The notes under the pieces were generated by a model. That model worked only from the letters and a program-made list of their open reading frames with translations. It ran no database searches and had not been told where the DNA came from. Source: Maricaulis salignorans (GTDB lineage: Bacteria; Pseudomonadota; Alphaproteobacteria; Caulobacterales; Aquidulcibacteraceae). Taken from it: 64,000 nt of DNA. Positions 1 through 9,012 of this stretch are shown one piece after another. Both the position numbers and the translations under genes were made by a program. The first letter of the stretch is position 1. Each line of letters begins with the position of its first letter. The stretch covers positions 51,978 through 115,977 of the forward strand of contig CALRXH020000005.1 in NCBI GenBank assembly GCA_943372135.1. The letters run 5' to 3'.

Positions 1-1
1 G

Positions 2-916
2 GTGGCCTATTGTGCCTCCATTGGCGGGGTTGGTACGCCCATTGGCTCGCCCACCAATCTGATCGGCGCCAAGTGGCTCGACGCAAATGGTGTGGGCTTG
101 AGCTTCCCGGAATGGATGGCGATTGGTGGCGCGATTATTCTCGTTATGGTGCCGCTAACTTGGCTGATTTTGACGAAGATCGCTTATCGTCTCCCCGCCC
201 ATTTGGGCGATGACACAGCCCGCAAAGTGATCGCCTCTGAAGCGCGCGCGTTGGGGCCCATGAGCAAAAAAGAAGCGCGTGTGATGGTTATCTTCCTTAG
301 CGTGGCGCTGGCCTGGATCCTGCGCGAGCCTTTGAGCAAATTGCCTGGCCTTCAAGGGCTAACCGATATGGTGATCGCCATTCTGGGAGCCGTCGCTTTG
401 TTTGTTGTACCCGCTGGCGATAAAGCAGACCCCAATAAGGCCTTGCTGGGCTGGGACGTCGCCGAGCGCATTCCGTGGGGTATCGCCATCCTGTTTGGCG
501 GCGGCCTGTCGATGGCCGCAGCTTTGGAAGCAACAGGCCTGTCGACATTCATTGGTAGCCATATGGCTGGCATTGGCGCTCTGCCGATTTTGCTGGTGGT
601 CTTGATCCTAGTGGCCGCGACGGTATTCCTCTCAGAGCTTGCCTCCAATGTCGCCACGCTTACCGCCATGTTGCCTGTTTTGACCGCCATGGTGGCCGGT
701 TCCGGCGGAGACCCACTCATGATCGGAGCGTCGGCGACCTTCGCGGCCAGCTTTGGCTTTATGTTGCCGATCGCGACCGCAGCCAATGCCATCGCCTTTG
801 CAACCGGAGCCCCCAAACAGGCCGAAATGTTACGAATTGGTTTTGCGTTGAACCTGTTCGGAGTGCTAACCATCGCTGCCGCTGTTGGCCTGATTGGACC
901 CTTGGTGACCGGTTAA
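2..916 (+). CDS. SLC13/DASS family Na+:dicarboxylate/sulfate symporter (5'-partial)
   Basis: Hydrophobic multi-TM ORF with GGVGTPIGSPTN, SELASNVAT and FMLPIATAANAI, typical DASS hairpin motifs; runs off the window start. Confidence 0.85.
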   Translation: MAYCASIGGVGTPIGSPTNLIGAKWLDANGVGLSFPEWMAIGGAIILVMVPLTWLILTKIAYRLPAHLGDDTARKVIASEARALGPMSKKEARVMVIFLSVALAWILREPLSKLPGLQGLTDMVIAILGAVALFVVPAGDKADPNKALLGWDVAERIPWGIAILFGGGLSMAAALEATGLSTFIGSHMAGIGALPILLVVLILVAATVFLSELASNVATLTAMLPVLTAMVAGSGGDPLMIGASATFAASFGFMLPIATAANAIAFATGAPKQAEMLRIGFALNLFGVLTIAAAVGLIGPLVTG

Positions 917-1006
917 ATCACTCGAGTGCCCTTAACAAGCTTATCGGACCGCAATAAAGTAAATTTAGATCTTTGTTCGAGTCTTTAGAAGGATTTGGTG
1001 CCGCCC

Positions 1007-2539
1007 ATGAGTGAGTCCATTCTGATCGGAGCAGGCGGGGAACCGCTCGCCTATATAGAGCTTTTGTTGAAGCGCGCTAACCGGCACGGTTTGGTTGCCG
1101 GGGCGACCGGGACAGGCAAGACGGTGACGCTGCAAGTGTTGGCTGAAGGATTTTCGCGTGCGGGTGTGCCCGTCTTTGCGGCCGATATCAAAGGTGACCT
1201 TTCAGGCATGAGCCAATCGTGGGAGCCTTCCCCCCCCTTCAAGGCGCGCGCCGAACAAATTGGTCTGACCGACTATAAAAGCGAAGCGACCCCGGTCGTG
1301 TATTGGGATCTCTATGGCCAAAAAGGCCACCCCATCCGCACCACGATTTCAGAAATGGGCCCCACTCTGCTCGCCCGCCTGATGGAAGTCAGCGACGCGC
1401 AAGAAGGTGCTTTGGCGGTGGCATTCAAGATGGCCGATGAAGAAGGCCTGTTCCTGCTCGACATGAAAGATCTCAGAGCCATTTTGAACTTTATGGCCGA
1501 AAATGATGGTGTGGTATCTAAGAAATATGGCCTCGTGACGCCCCAGTCGATTGCCGCCCTGCAGCGCAAAATCATGCAATTGGATCAAGCCGGTGCCGAT
1601 GGTTTCTTTGGAGAGCCCGCGCTGGATTTACGCGACTTCATGCGCACCGATTTGTCCGGAAAGGGCATCGTGAACATTCTGGCAGCAGACCGTCTGGTCC
1701 AGAACCCAACACTTTATTCGACATTCCTCTTATGGATGCTATCGGAATTGTTCGAGCAATTGCCCGAAGTCGGCGACATGGACCGGCCGAAAATGGTGTT
1801 CTTCTTTGATGAAGCCCATTTATTGTTCCGTGATGCGCCGAAAGCACTTCTTAACACCATCGAACAGGTGGTGCGTCTGATCCGATCCAAAGGCGTGGGC
1901 ATCTATTTCGTGACCCAGAACCCGCAAGACATTCCTGAAAGCGTTCTCGCGCAATTGGGCAATCGGGTTCAACACGCGCTTAGAGCCTACACGCCCAATG
2001 AAACCAAAGCCGTCCGCACTGCCGCTGAAAGCTTCCGCCCCAATCCGCGCTTCAAGACACAAGACATGATCACTGCTTTGGGCGTAGGCGAGGCTTTGGT
2101 TTCCACGCTCGACGCGAAGGGTATCCCTACCATGGTGGAACGAACGTTTGTCCGCCCACCCATCAGCCAAGTTGGCCCGTGTTCACCCGAAGCGCGTGCC
2201 CGCGTGATGTCGGCGAGCCCCATCGGGCCACGCTATGATGGCGTTATTGACCGCGAAAGCGCGTTTGAAATCCTGGAGCGCAAGGCAGCCGAGCTGGAAG
2301 CTCAGCAGGCCGAACTGGAACCGCCAGAACCCGCGCGTACCAAATCGACGCGCCAAACGGAAGAAAACCGCGATGATGGTGGGATTATAGGAGCGATCTT
2401 TGGTACGTCGCGTGGCCGCTCCGGTCGGTCTCGTCAGAGTTTGGCAGAGACTGCGATGAAGAGCATGGTGCGCCAAGCCAGCTCAACCATCGGGCGGGAA
2501 TTGATGCGCGGGCTGATGGGGTCGCTGCGCCGCCGCTAG
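1007..2539 (+). CDS. YjgR/DUF853 HerA-like P-loop ATPase
   Basis: ANRHGLVAGATGTGKTVTLQ Walker A, FFFDEAHLLF Walker B, RSKGVGIYFVTQNP; ATG at 1007 (alternative GTG 995). Confidence 0.88.
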   Translation: MSESILIGAGGEPLAYIELLLKRANRHGLVAGATGTGKTVTLQVLAEGFSRAGVPVFAADIKGDLSGMSQSWEPSPPFKARAEQIGLTDYKSEATPVVYWDLYGQKGHPIRTTISEMGPTLLARLMEVSDAQEGALAVAFKMADEEGLFLLDMKDLRAILNFMAENDGVVSKKYGLVTPQSIAALQRKIMQLDQAGADGFFGEPALDLRDFMRTDLSGKGIVNILAADRLVQNPTLYSTFLLWMLSELFEQLPEVGDMDRPKMVFFFDEAHLLFRDAPKALLNTIEQVVRLIRSKGVGIYFVTQNPQDIPESVLAQLGNRVQHALRAYTPNETKAVRTAAESFRPNPRFKTQDMITALGVGEALVSTLDAKGIPTMVERTFVRPPISQVGPCSPEARARVMSASPIGPRYDGVIDRESAFEILERKAAELEAQQAELEPPEPARTKSTRQTEENRDDGGIIGAIFGTSRGRSGRSRQSLAETAMKSMVRQASSTIGRELMRGLMGSLRRR

Positions 2540-2684
2540 GCCCTTTACTGACGACTCCTTCGCATCCGACCCGATAAAATTCATGTCCAGGTCCCTCGCC
2601 ATGGCGCATGGACCTTGGTATGAGAAGAACGCTACGCATAAGTTCCGATCAACGGGGCTGAGAGACACAATAAGGGAGTCTGCC

Positions 2685-4124
2685 ATGATTGAACGCAAAC
2701 AATTCTATATCGACGGCGCTTGGGTTGATCCGGTTACGCCGAACGATCATTACGTCATCAATCCGGCAACGGAGGAACCAATTGCGGTGATCTCTTTGGG
2801 TGGTGAGGCAGACGCCGTAAAAGCCATCCTTGCCGCGCGCGCCGCCTTCCCGGCTTTCTCCGAAACCAGCCATGATGAGCGCATTTCGCTGTTGGAAAAA
2901 ATCATCGCGCTTTATTCCGCAAAGCTGCCTGAAATCGCCCATGCGATCAGCCAAGAAATGGGTGCGCCCATGTGGCTGGCAACTGCCGCCCAAGCCCCTG
3001 CAGGCCTCGGCCAACTGATGGGTGCTTTGAATGCGCTCAAGGAATTCACATGGGAGCATTCGCGTGGCAATACGCGCATCCGCTATGAAGCGATTGGCGT
3101 CTGCAGCCTGATCACACCCTGGAACTGGCCGATGAACCAAATTGGCTGCAAAGTCGGCCCTGCTTTGGCCGCTGGTTGCACCATGGTGTTGAAGCCTTCC
3201 GAACTCGCCCCGCTCGATGCCATGATCCTGGCCGATATCATTCATGACGCCGGCGCACCCAAAGGCGTATTCAATCTCGTCAATGGCGATGGCCCGGGCG
3301 TCGGTAGCGTCTTGTCCACCCATGAAGAAGTTGACTTTGTGTCCTTTACCGGTTCAACCCGCGCTGGCATCGAAATCGCCAAAAGTGCAGCGCCAACCGT
3401 GAAGCGCATCGCCCAAGAGTTGGGTGGCAAGTCGCCCAACATTGTTCTCGAAGATGCCGACATTCAAAAGGCTGTTTCTGCGGGCGTGATGCAAGTCATG
3501 ACCAATTCGGGCCAGTCCTGCAACGCCCCTACCCGCATGTTTGTGCCGCGCGCAAAACTGGGCGAAGCAACCGCTGTTGCCAAAGCCACGGCTGAATCTG
3601 TTGTTGTGGCAGACCCTGCCGGCGATAAGCGCTTTGCCATGGGTCCTCTGGCTAATGGTCGCCAATTTGAGAAGGTGCAATCCTTGATCGAGATCGGCAT
3701 GAAAGAAGCCACTTTGGTGGCTGGCGGCATGGGTCGCCCTGAAGGCTTCAACAAAGGGTATTTCGTGCGTCCAACCGTGTTTGTCAGTGACACCAATGAC
3801 ACCACCATCGCACGCGAGGAAATCTTTGGTCCTGTACTGACCATGATCCCCTACGATTGCGAAGCTGATGCCGTGTCGATGGCCAATGACACAGTCTATG
3901 GCCTGTCAGGCTATGTACAGTCGGAAAACCTCGACCATGCACGCGCTGTCGCCAAGCAAATCCGCGCTGGCATGATCCACATCAATGGTGCCAGCACCGA
4001 CACGGTCGCACCTTTCGGTGGCTATAAGCAGTCGGGTAATGGCCGCGAATGGGGTGACTTCGGCCTCGAGGAATTCCTCGAAGTCAAAGCCGTCATGGGC
4101 TATGGCGCAGTCGCGGCTGAGTAA
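2685..4124 (+). CDS. NAD-dependent aldehyde dehydrogenase
   Basis: ITPWNWP, FTGST, ELGGKSP, catalytic Cys in GQSCNAP, EEIFGP, PFGGYKQSGNGRE; AGGGAG RBS before ATG 2685. Confidence 0.93.
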   Translation: MIERKQFYIDGAWVDPVTPNDHYVINPATEEPIAVISLGGEADAVKAILAARAAFPAFSETSHDERISLLEKIIALYSAKLPEIAHAISQEMGAPMWLATAAQAPAGLGQLMGALNALKEFTWEHSRGNTRIRYEAIGVCSLITPWNWPMNQIGCKVGPALAAGCTMVLKPSELAPLDAMILADIIHDAGAPKGVFNLVNGDGPGVGSVLSTHEEVDFVSFTGSTRAGIEIAKSAAPTVKRIAQELGGKSPNIVLEDADIQKAVSAGVMQVMTNSGQSCNAPTRMFVPRAKLGEATAVAKATAESVVVADPAGDKRFAMGPLANGRQFEKVQSLIEIGMKEATLVAGGMGRPEGFNKGYFVRPTVFVSDTNDTTIAREEIFGPVLTMIPYDCEADAVSMANDTVYGLSGYVQSENLDHARAVAKQIRAGMIHINGASTDTVAPFGGYKQSGNGREWGDFGLEEFLEVKAVMGYGAVAAE

Positions 4125-4145
4125 GGTTTAGGCCAAATTCACATT

Positions 4146-4335
4146 GTCATCCCGGACGGCGAAAGCCGATCCGGGACCTTGTGCTGCAAGGGCCGTTGAG
4201 GTCCCCACGCTGCGCTTGAACCCCTTCAGTCCCTTCGGGACAGCTTCCCCATGAATGGGGAAGCGGCGTGTCACCAAAGTTTCCGCTCCCGCTTCCCCGC
4301 TCGCGGTGAAGCTCCGGCGAAGCCGGTGAAGGGGT
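4146..4335. repeat. Composite palindromic REP/RIME-like intergenic element
   Basis: Serial hairpins TCCCGGACGGC-GAAA-GCCGATCCGGGA (4150-4176), GTCCC-TTC-GGGAC (4229-4241), CTTCCCCAT-GA-ATGGGGAAG (4244-4263), CCGGC-GAA-GCCGG (4314-4326), between convergent genes; first ~70 bp recur at 26777-26849. Confidence 0.75.
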
Positions 4336-4372
4336 GCTTCCGCTTGGAAAGCCCATTCAAAGGCACCACCAA

Positions 4373-5281
4373 TCACCCCACCAAAAAATCCGCCGCCGCG
4401 TGAAACACGAAGCTGTGCCGGCGCGCGACCGCGTCTACATCGTGGCCATAGCCCCCACCAAGAACCGTCACCAAGGGAATCGCCCGGCCGCGCACGGCTT
4501 CGATTACGCGTCGCTCGCGCGTCATCAGGCCTTGATCGGTCAAAGCGAGCTTGCCCAAGCGATCCTCCCGGTGCGGATCGACGCCCGCAATATAGAACAC
4601 CAAATCCGGGCGAACCTGCTCCAAAAGGTTCGGCAGATGCGTGTCCAAGGCAACCAGATAGCCTGCATCCCCCGTCTCCTTGGGCAAAGCGACATCCAGA
4701 TCAGAAGGGGGTTTTTCCAGCGGCCAATTGTCATCACAATGCATGGAGAAGGTGAAGACGCGGGGCTCAGCTTGAAAGATCAAGGCCGTGCCATCGCCAT
4801 GATGGACATCTAAATCCACCACCAGAATCTGGCTTACGCTGCCTTCTGCCAGCAGTACCGAGGCGGCGACCGCAACATCATTGAAAATGCAGAAGCCTGC
4901 GCCTTGATCGCCTCGGGCATGGTGGCTGCCGCCAGCACTGTTACAGGCGAGCCCCTCTCGCAACGCAATGCGGGCGGCCAACAAGGTTCCTGCTGTGGCC
5001 AGTTGTGCACGCAAGACAACGCGCTCCGTCAGGCTAAAGCCAATTCGCCGCACGGCCGCTGGCTCTATGGTTCGGCTCAACACCCCATCCACATAACCGG
5101 GTGTATGGGCGCGGATCAGGTCTGGCCGCGTGATCGGCTCTGGCGTGACAAAGCCATGCGGTACCAAACCATCTTGGCGCAATACCTCTGCCAGACGCGC
5201 AAACTTCTGCATCGGGAAGCGATGGCCGTCCGGCGTATCGGCCGTGTAATCGGGGTGGTGGATGATGGGAAGAACACGCAT
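4373..5281 (-). CDS. Histone deacetylase (class I/II, AcuC-like) family Zn hydrolase
   Basis: GGSHHA, GFCIFND, DLDVHHGDGT, AGVDPH...DRLG, GGGY motifs intact. Confidence 0.92.
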   Translation of the reverse strand: MRVLPIIHHPDYTADTPDGHRFPMQKFARLAEVLRQDGLVPHGFVTPEPITRPDLIRAHTPGYVDGVLSRTIEPAAVRRIGFSLTERVVLRAQLATAGTLLAARIALREGLACNSAGGSHHARGDQGAGFCIFNDVAVAASVLLAEGSVSQILVVDLDVHHGDGTALIFQAEPRVFTFSMHCDDNWPLEKPPSDLDVALPKETGDAGYLVALDTHLPNLLEQVRPDLVFYIAGVDPHREDRLGKLALTDQGLMTRERRVIEAVRGRAIPLVTVLGGGYGHDVDAVARRHSFVFHAAADFLVG

Positions 5282-5285
5282 GGAC

Positions 5286-6293
5286 TCAGCCTGCCCTCAG
5301 CCCGTCCTTGATTCTCTGAACAAGGCCCGGCCCTTCAAAGACCAAAGCAGTATAAAGCTGGATCGCATCAGCCCCTGCTTCAAACTTGGCTTGCGCATCC
5401 TCAGCTGAAGCTACCCCGCCCACGCCGATCAAAGGCATGGCATCGCCGAGTGCATTCTTGAACTCTTTTAACAAGCGGGTGGATTTCTCAAATACCGGTC
5501 TGCCCGACAGACCACCCTGTTCGCCCTTATGCTTGGCTTGCAGATATACGGGGCGGTCGACTGTTGTGTTAGACACAATCAGCGCATCGATCTTTTGCGC
5601 CACAACGGTTTCGGCAATAGCGCGCACTTCGTCTTCGTCCAAGTCAGGGGCAACTTTCAAGAACACTGGCCTGCGGCCATGGGCGCGGGTTTGTGATGCT
5701 CCGATAACCATGACCTGGCCCAGCAAATCCTCCAGCGCGGCACGGGTTTGTAGCGCGCGCAGGCCAGGTGTGTTGGGCGAGGAAATATTGATGGTGATGT
5801 AGGCGGCATGTAGCCACACCCGCCGCAGGCCTTCGCAATAGTCCGCGATGCGGTCTTCGCTATCCTTATTGGCCCCGATATTGGCACCAACAATGCCGGG
5901 CTTGTGCGCGCGGGCACGCAGGCGGTTTACAAAAGAAGTGAGACCTTCATTGTTAAATCCCATGCGATTGATAACGGCTTGATCCTCGACCAAGCGGAAT
6001 AAACGCGGCTTAGGATTGCCAACCTGCGGGCGCGGGGTGACCGTGCCGCATTCGACAAAGCCAAAGCCTGCCGCCAACATCGCGTCGGGCACTTCGGCAT
6101 TCTTGTCAAAACCCGCGGCGAGGCCGATCCGGTTGGGCAGTGTGAGGCCTGCGAGTTGAACCGAATCTTCGGGACGATCTGGCTTGGCCTTTGGGCCAAA
6201 GCCCGCTTTCAGGCTTGCAATCGTGGCTTGATGGGCGGTCTCGGCCGGCAGGACGCGCAGAGCACCGGTGGCTTGGGCATAGAGGTCGATCAT
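5286..6293 (-). CDS. pyrD: Quinone-dependent dihydroorotate dehydrogenase
   Basis: GLAAGFDKN, GTVTPRPQ.GNPKPRLFRL, INRMGFNN, NISSPNTPGLR, GGLSG; start ATG 6293 overlaps the DUF952 stop. Confidence 0.95.
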   Translation of the reverse strand: MIDLYAQATGALRVLPAETAHQATIASLKAGFGPKAKPDRPEDSVQLAGLTLPNRIGLAAGFDKNAEVPDAMLAAGFGFVECGTVTPRPQVGNPKPRLFRLVEDQAVINRMGFNNEGLTSFVNRLRARAHKPGIVGANIGANKDSEDRIADYCEGLRRVWLHAAYITINISSPNTPGLRALQTRAALEDLLGQVMVIGASQTRAHGRRPVFLKVAPDLDEDEVRAIAETVVAQKIDALIVSNTTVDRPVYLQAKHKGEQGGLSGRPVFEKSTRLLKEFKNALGDAMPLIGVGGVASAEDAQAKFEAGADAIQLYTALVFEGPGLVQRIKDGLRAG

Positions 6294-6637
6294 GGAAAGG
6301 TCAGGGGAAGGTCGTGGCTGGCGTCGCCCAGGAGAGGCAAGTCGATTACTTCTTGCACGGCGGACATGGGAATGGGGCCATAGATGTGCGGGAAAAAGGC
6401 GCCGCCGCGCGACGCCTCCCACACCACACTGTCGCCGAGCGGGGTGAGATCAATCTTGGCCAAGATCAAATTGGGCTGGTCTTTGAACCACATCGCCAAA
6501 GTCGCGCGCACTTGATCTTGCGCCGAAAGATGGATGAAGCCATCCGTCACATCGAGGGCAGAGCCAGTATAGGCCCCAGCAGTTTCAGCCCTAACCCACG
6601 CGCCGCGATTTTCAATTTTATAAGCAAAGGAATCCAT
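6290..6637 (-). CDS. DUF952 family protein
   Basis: YKI...DGFIHLS...WE.SRGG..FPHIYG pattern; usual position upstream of pyrD in alphaproteobacteria. Confidence 0.88.
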   Translation of the reverse strand: MDSFAYKIENRGAWVRAETAGAYTGSALDVTDGFIHLSAQDQVRATLAMWFKDQPNLILAKIDLTPLGDSVVWEASRGGAFFPHIYGPIPMSAVQEVIDLPLLGDASHDLPLTFP

Positions 6638-6707
6638 GGCCGTGACTTAATGGCAAAACCAGCAGAGTCGACCCCTGCCCGTCATTTTTCCGGCTGATAC
6701 GTGCAGG

Positions 6708-7370
6708 CTAGGCAGCTACCAACAGGCTTTGGAACACCAGGGCCCCGTCTGCACTGCCCAGTTCAGCTTCAAATGCACGGTCAGGGTGGGGCATCATACC
6801 AAGGATGCGCCCGGTCGGGTCCACAATGCCAGCGATCCGGCGTTGGGAGCCATTGATCTCTTCGCGATAGCGGAAGGCGACGCGGTTTTCTTGCTCAAGC
6901 GAGTCGAGCACGGCGTCCTCGGCAAAATAATTGCCTTCCCCATTGCCAACGGTCATGATGGCTTCGGATCGATTGCCAAAGGCGCGTGTGAAGGGGGTGG
7001 CTGCATTGGTGACTTCCAGCGCCACAGGCTTGCAGACATATTTCAAGCTCGCATTGCGCAACAAAGCGCCGGGTAGAAGCCCTGTCTCACACAAGACCTG
7101 GAAGCCGTTACAAATGCCCAAGACGGGGACACCAGCTTTTGCTGCATCAACCACCGCGCGGGTGACAGGCGACAAAGCCGCCATCGCGCCACAACGCAGA
7201 TAATCGCCATAGGAAAAGCCACCCGGTAACACGATCAGGTCCAAGCCGTCTGGCAGGCTGGTCTCCTTGTGCCAAACCATGGAGACGTGCGCATCGACGC
7301 TGCGCTCCAAAGCGACCTTGCAATCGCGGTCACAGTTCGATCCGGGGTAGATGATGACGGCAGCTTTCAT
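6708..7370 (-). CDS. purQ: Phosphoribosylformylglycinamidine synthase glutaminase subunit
   Basis: [47 protein letters not shown]. Confidence 0.93.
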   Translation of the reverse strand: MKAAVIIYPGSNCDRDCKVALERSVDAHVSMVWHKETSLPDGLDLIVLPGGFSYGDYLRCGAMAALSPVTRAVVDAAKAGVPVLGICNGFQVLCETGLLPGALLRNASLKYVCKPVALEVTNAATPFTRAFGNRSEAIMTVGNGEGNYFAEDAVLDSLEQENRVAFRYREEINGSQRRIAGIVDPTGRILGMMPHPDRAFEAELGSADGALVFQSLLVAA

Positions 7371-7492
7371 CGCTTCGCACCTACGCGGTTTTGCCGCAGA
7401 GGTGAAGTCCAGTGCAGCAAGACCTGCAGCCATTGTGCAACCGACCTGCAGAAAAGAGCGTATTGAGAGGTAAGAATAGGTTAGGAGTGACC

Positions 7493-8281
7493 ATGATTTC
7501 GCGCAGAAGCCTAATGATTGGAAGTGCGGCCCTGATGACCCTAACCCCGCCTGCCTTAGACGCAGCCCCCGGCAAGACACCGCAAGCTTTGTGGGATGAG
7601 CTTTTAGGCCGTTACGTACGCCCTGATTCTACCGGCTTGAACCGGGTCGATTATGCGGCTTGGAAGGCCAGTGCAGCGGACATGCGCGCACTGGATGCTG
7701 TTGTGGCTGGGCTTGCGGGATTGAAGATCTCAAGTCTACCCAAGGCCACTCAATTTGCCACGTGGGCCAATCTATATAACGCCATCACCATTCAAGTCGT
7801 GCTGTCGCGCTATCCCATAAAATCAATCCGCGACATCAAGCCAAGTCTTTTGGCGATGGGTCCTTGGAAAGAGCCTCGCGTGCGGGTTGAGGGCAAGCAG
7901 CTCTCGCTCGACGACATCGAACACAACATCCTGCGCAAACAATGGCGCGACCCCCGCGTGCATTATGCGGTCAATTGCGCCTCAATCGGCTGCCCAAACT
8001 TGGGCCGGCGCGGCTGGCGGGCCGAGACCTTGGATGGGGATCTTGATGCGGCCGCGCGCGCTTTCATCAATTCCCCGCGCGGGGTCCGTGTGATTGGACC
8101 GCAAAAACTGCGCGTCTCGTCAATTTATCAATGGTTCAAAGTTGATTTTGGGAATAATGAAGCGGGCATTCTCACCCATCTGCGCCGCTTTGCGGCACCA
8201 ACCCTTTTGACCCAAATGACCAATGCCAGAATTGTGGGCGATGATTATGATTGGTCCATCAATGCGACGTCAGGTTCTTAA
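7493..8281 (+). CDS. DUF547 domain exported protein
   Basis: [42 protein letters not shown]; N-terminal SRRSLM signal-like sequence. Confidence 0.88.
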   Translation: MISRRSLMIGSAALMTLTPPALDAAPGKTPQALWDELLGRYVRPDSTGLNRVDYAAWKASAADMRALDAVVAGLAGLKISSLPKATQFATWANLYNAITIQVVLSRYPIKSIRDIKPSLLAMGPWKEPRVRVEGKQLSLDDIEHNILRKQWRDPRVHYAVNCASIGCPNLGRRGWRAETLDGDLDAAARAFINSPRGVRVIGPQKLRVSSIYQWFKVDFGNNEAGILTHLRRFAAPTLLTQMTNARIVGDDYDWSINATSGS

Positions 8282-8283
8282 CC

Positions 8284-9012
8284 ATGCAAGCCATTAAACG
8301 TTACGGCCCGTTGGCGGCCATCGCCTTGGGCCTGATTCTTGCCATTTCGATGGGCTGGCACAAATACCTCTCCTTCGACGTACTGGCCAAGCAGAGCGAA
8401 GTCTTGCGTGACTTGGTGACAACCAAGCCGTTGTTGGTAATCGCCTGCTACATGGGAATTTATATCTTCGCCACCACGATCGCCCTGCCTGGCGCGATCT
8501 GGATCACGATTGCAGGGGGATTCCTGTTTGGACCGATGTTTGGGCCCTTGTTTGGACCGATTTTCGCGACGGCTATTGCCTCGACCTCGGCAACCATCGG
8601 TGCCACCTTTTTGTTTATGGCCACCCAATCTGCTTTGGGCGGGGGCTTACGCGCACGGGCTGGTGGCATTATTGACCGGCTGGAAAAGGGCTTTCAGGAG
8701 AATGCTTTTGGCTATCTTCTAACCTTACGACTTCTGCCCATCGCCCCCTTCTTTGGCATCAATCTGGCAGCGGGCTTCTTGGGCGTGCCGCTGCGTACCT
8801 TTTTTCTGGCAACCGCCATTGGCATTCTGCCGGGTTGCTACGTCTACGCGTCGTTGGGCAATGGGATTGAGTATTTGATCTCCCAAGGCCAAACACCGGA
8901 CTTGAAAATCATCTACAACCCCGAAGTGATGGGACCTCTGGTGGGATTGGCGGTCTTGGCGCTGCTACCCAGCGCATGGAAATTCGTCCAATCGAGACTG
9001 AAACAAGCATGA
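8284..9012 (+). CDS. TVP38/TMEM64 (VTT/DedA-like) membrane protein
   Basis: ALPGA..ITIAGGFLFG, LLTLRLLPIAPFFGINLAAG, ATAIGILPG. Confidence 0.88.
   Translation: MQAIKRYGPLAAIALGLILAISMGWHKYLSFDVLAKQSEVLRDLVTTKPLLVIACYMGIYIFATTIALPGAIWITIAGGFLFGPMFGPLFGPIFATAIASTSATIGATFLFMATQSALGGGLRARAGGIIDRLEKGFQENAFGYLLTLRLLPIAPFFGINLAAGFLGVPLRTFFLATAIGILPGCYVYASLGNGIEYLISQGQTPDLKIIYNPEVMGPLVGLAVLALLPSAWKFVQSRLKQA

Noticed and set aside
4146-4335. Hairpin series as a CRISPR array or toxin-antitoxin sRNA
   Set aside because: No identical repeats with regular spacers and no cas genes; the hairpins differ from one another. The overlapping 69-82 aa ORFs have no recognisable features.
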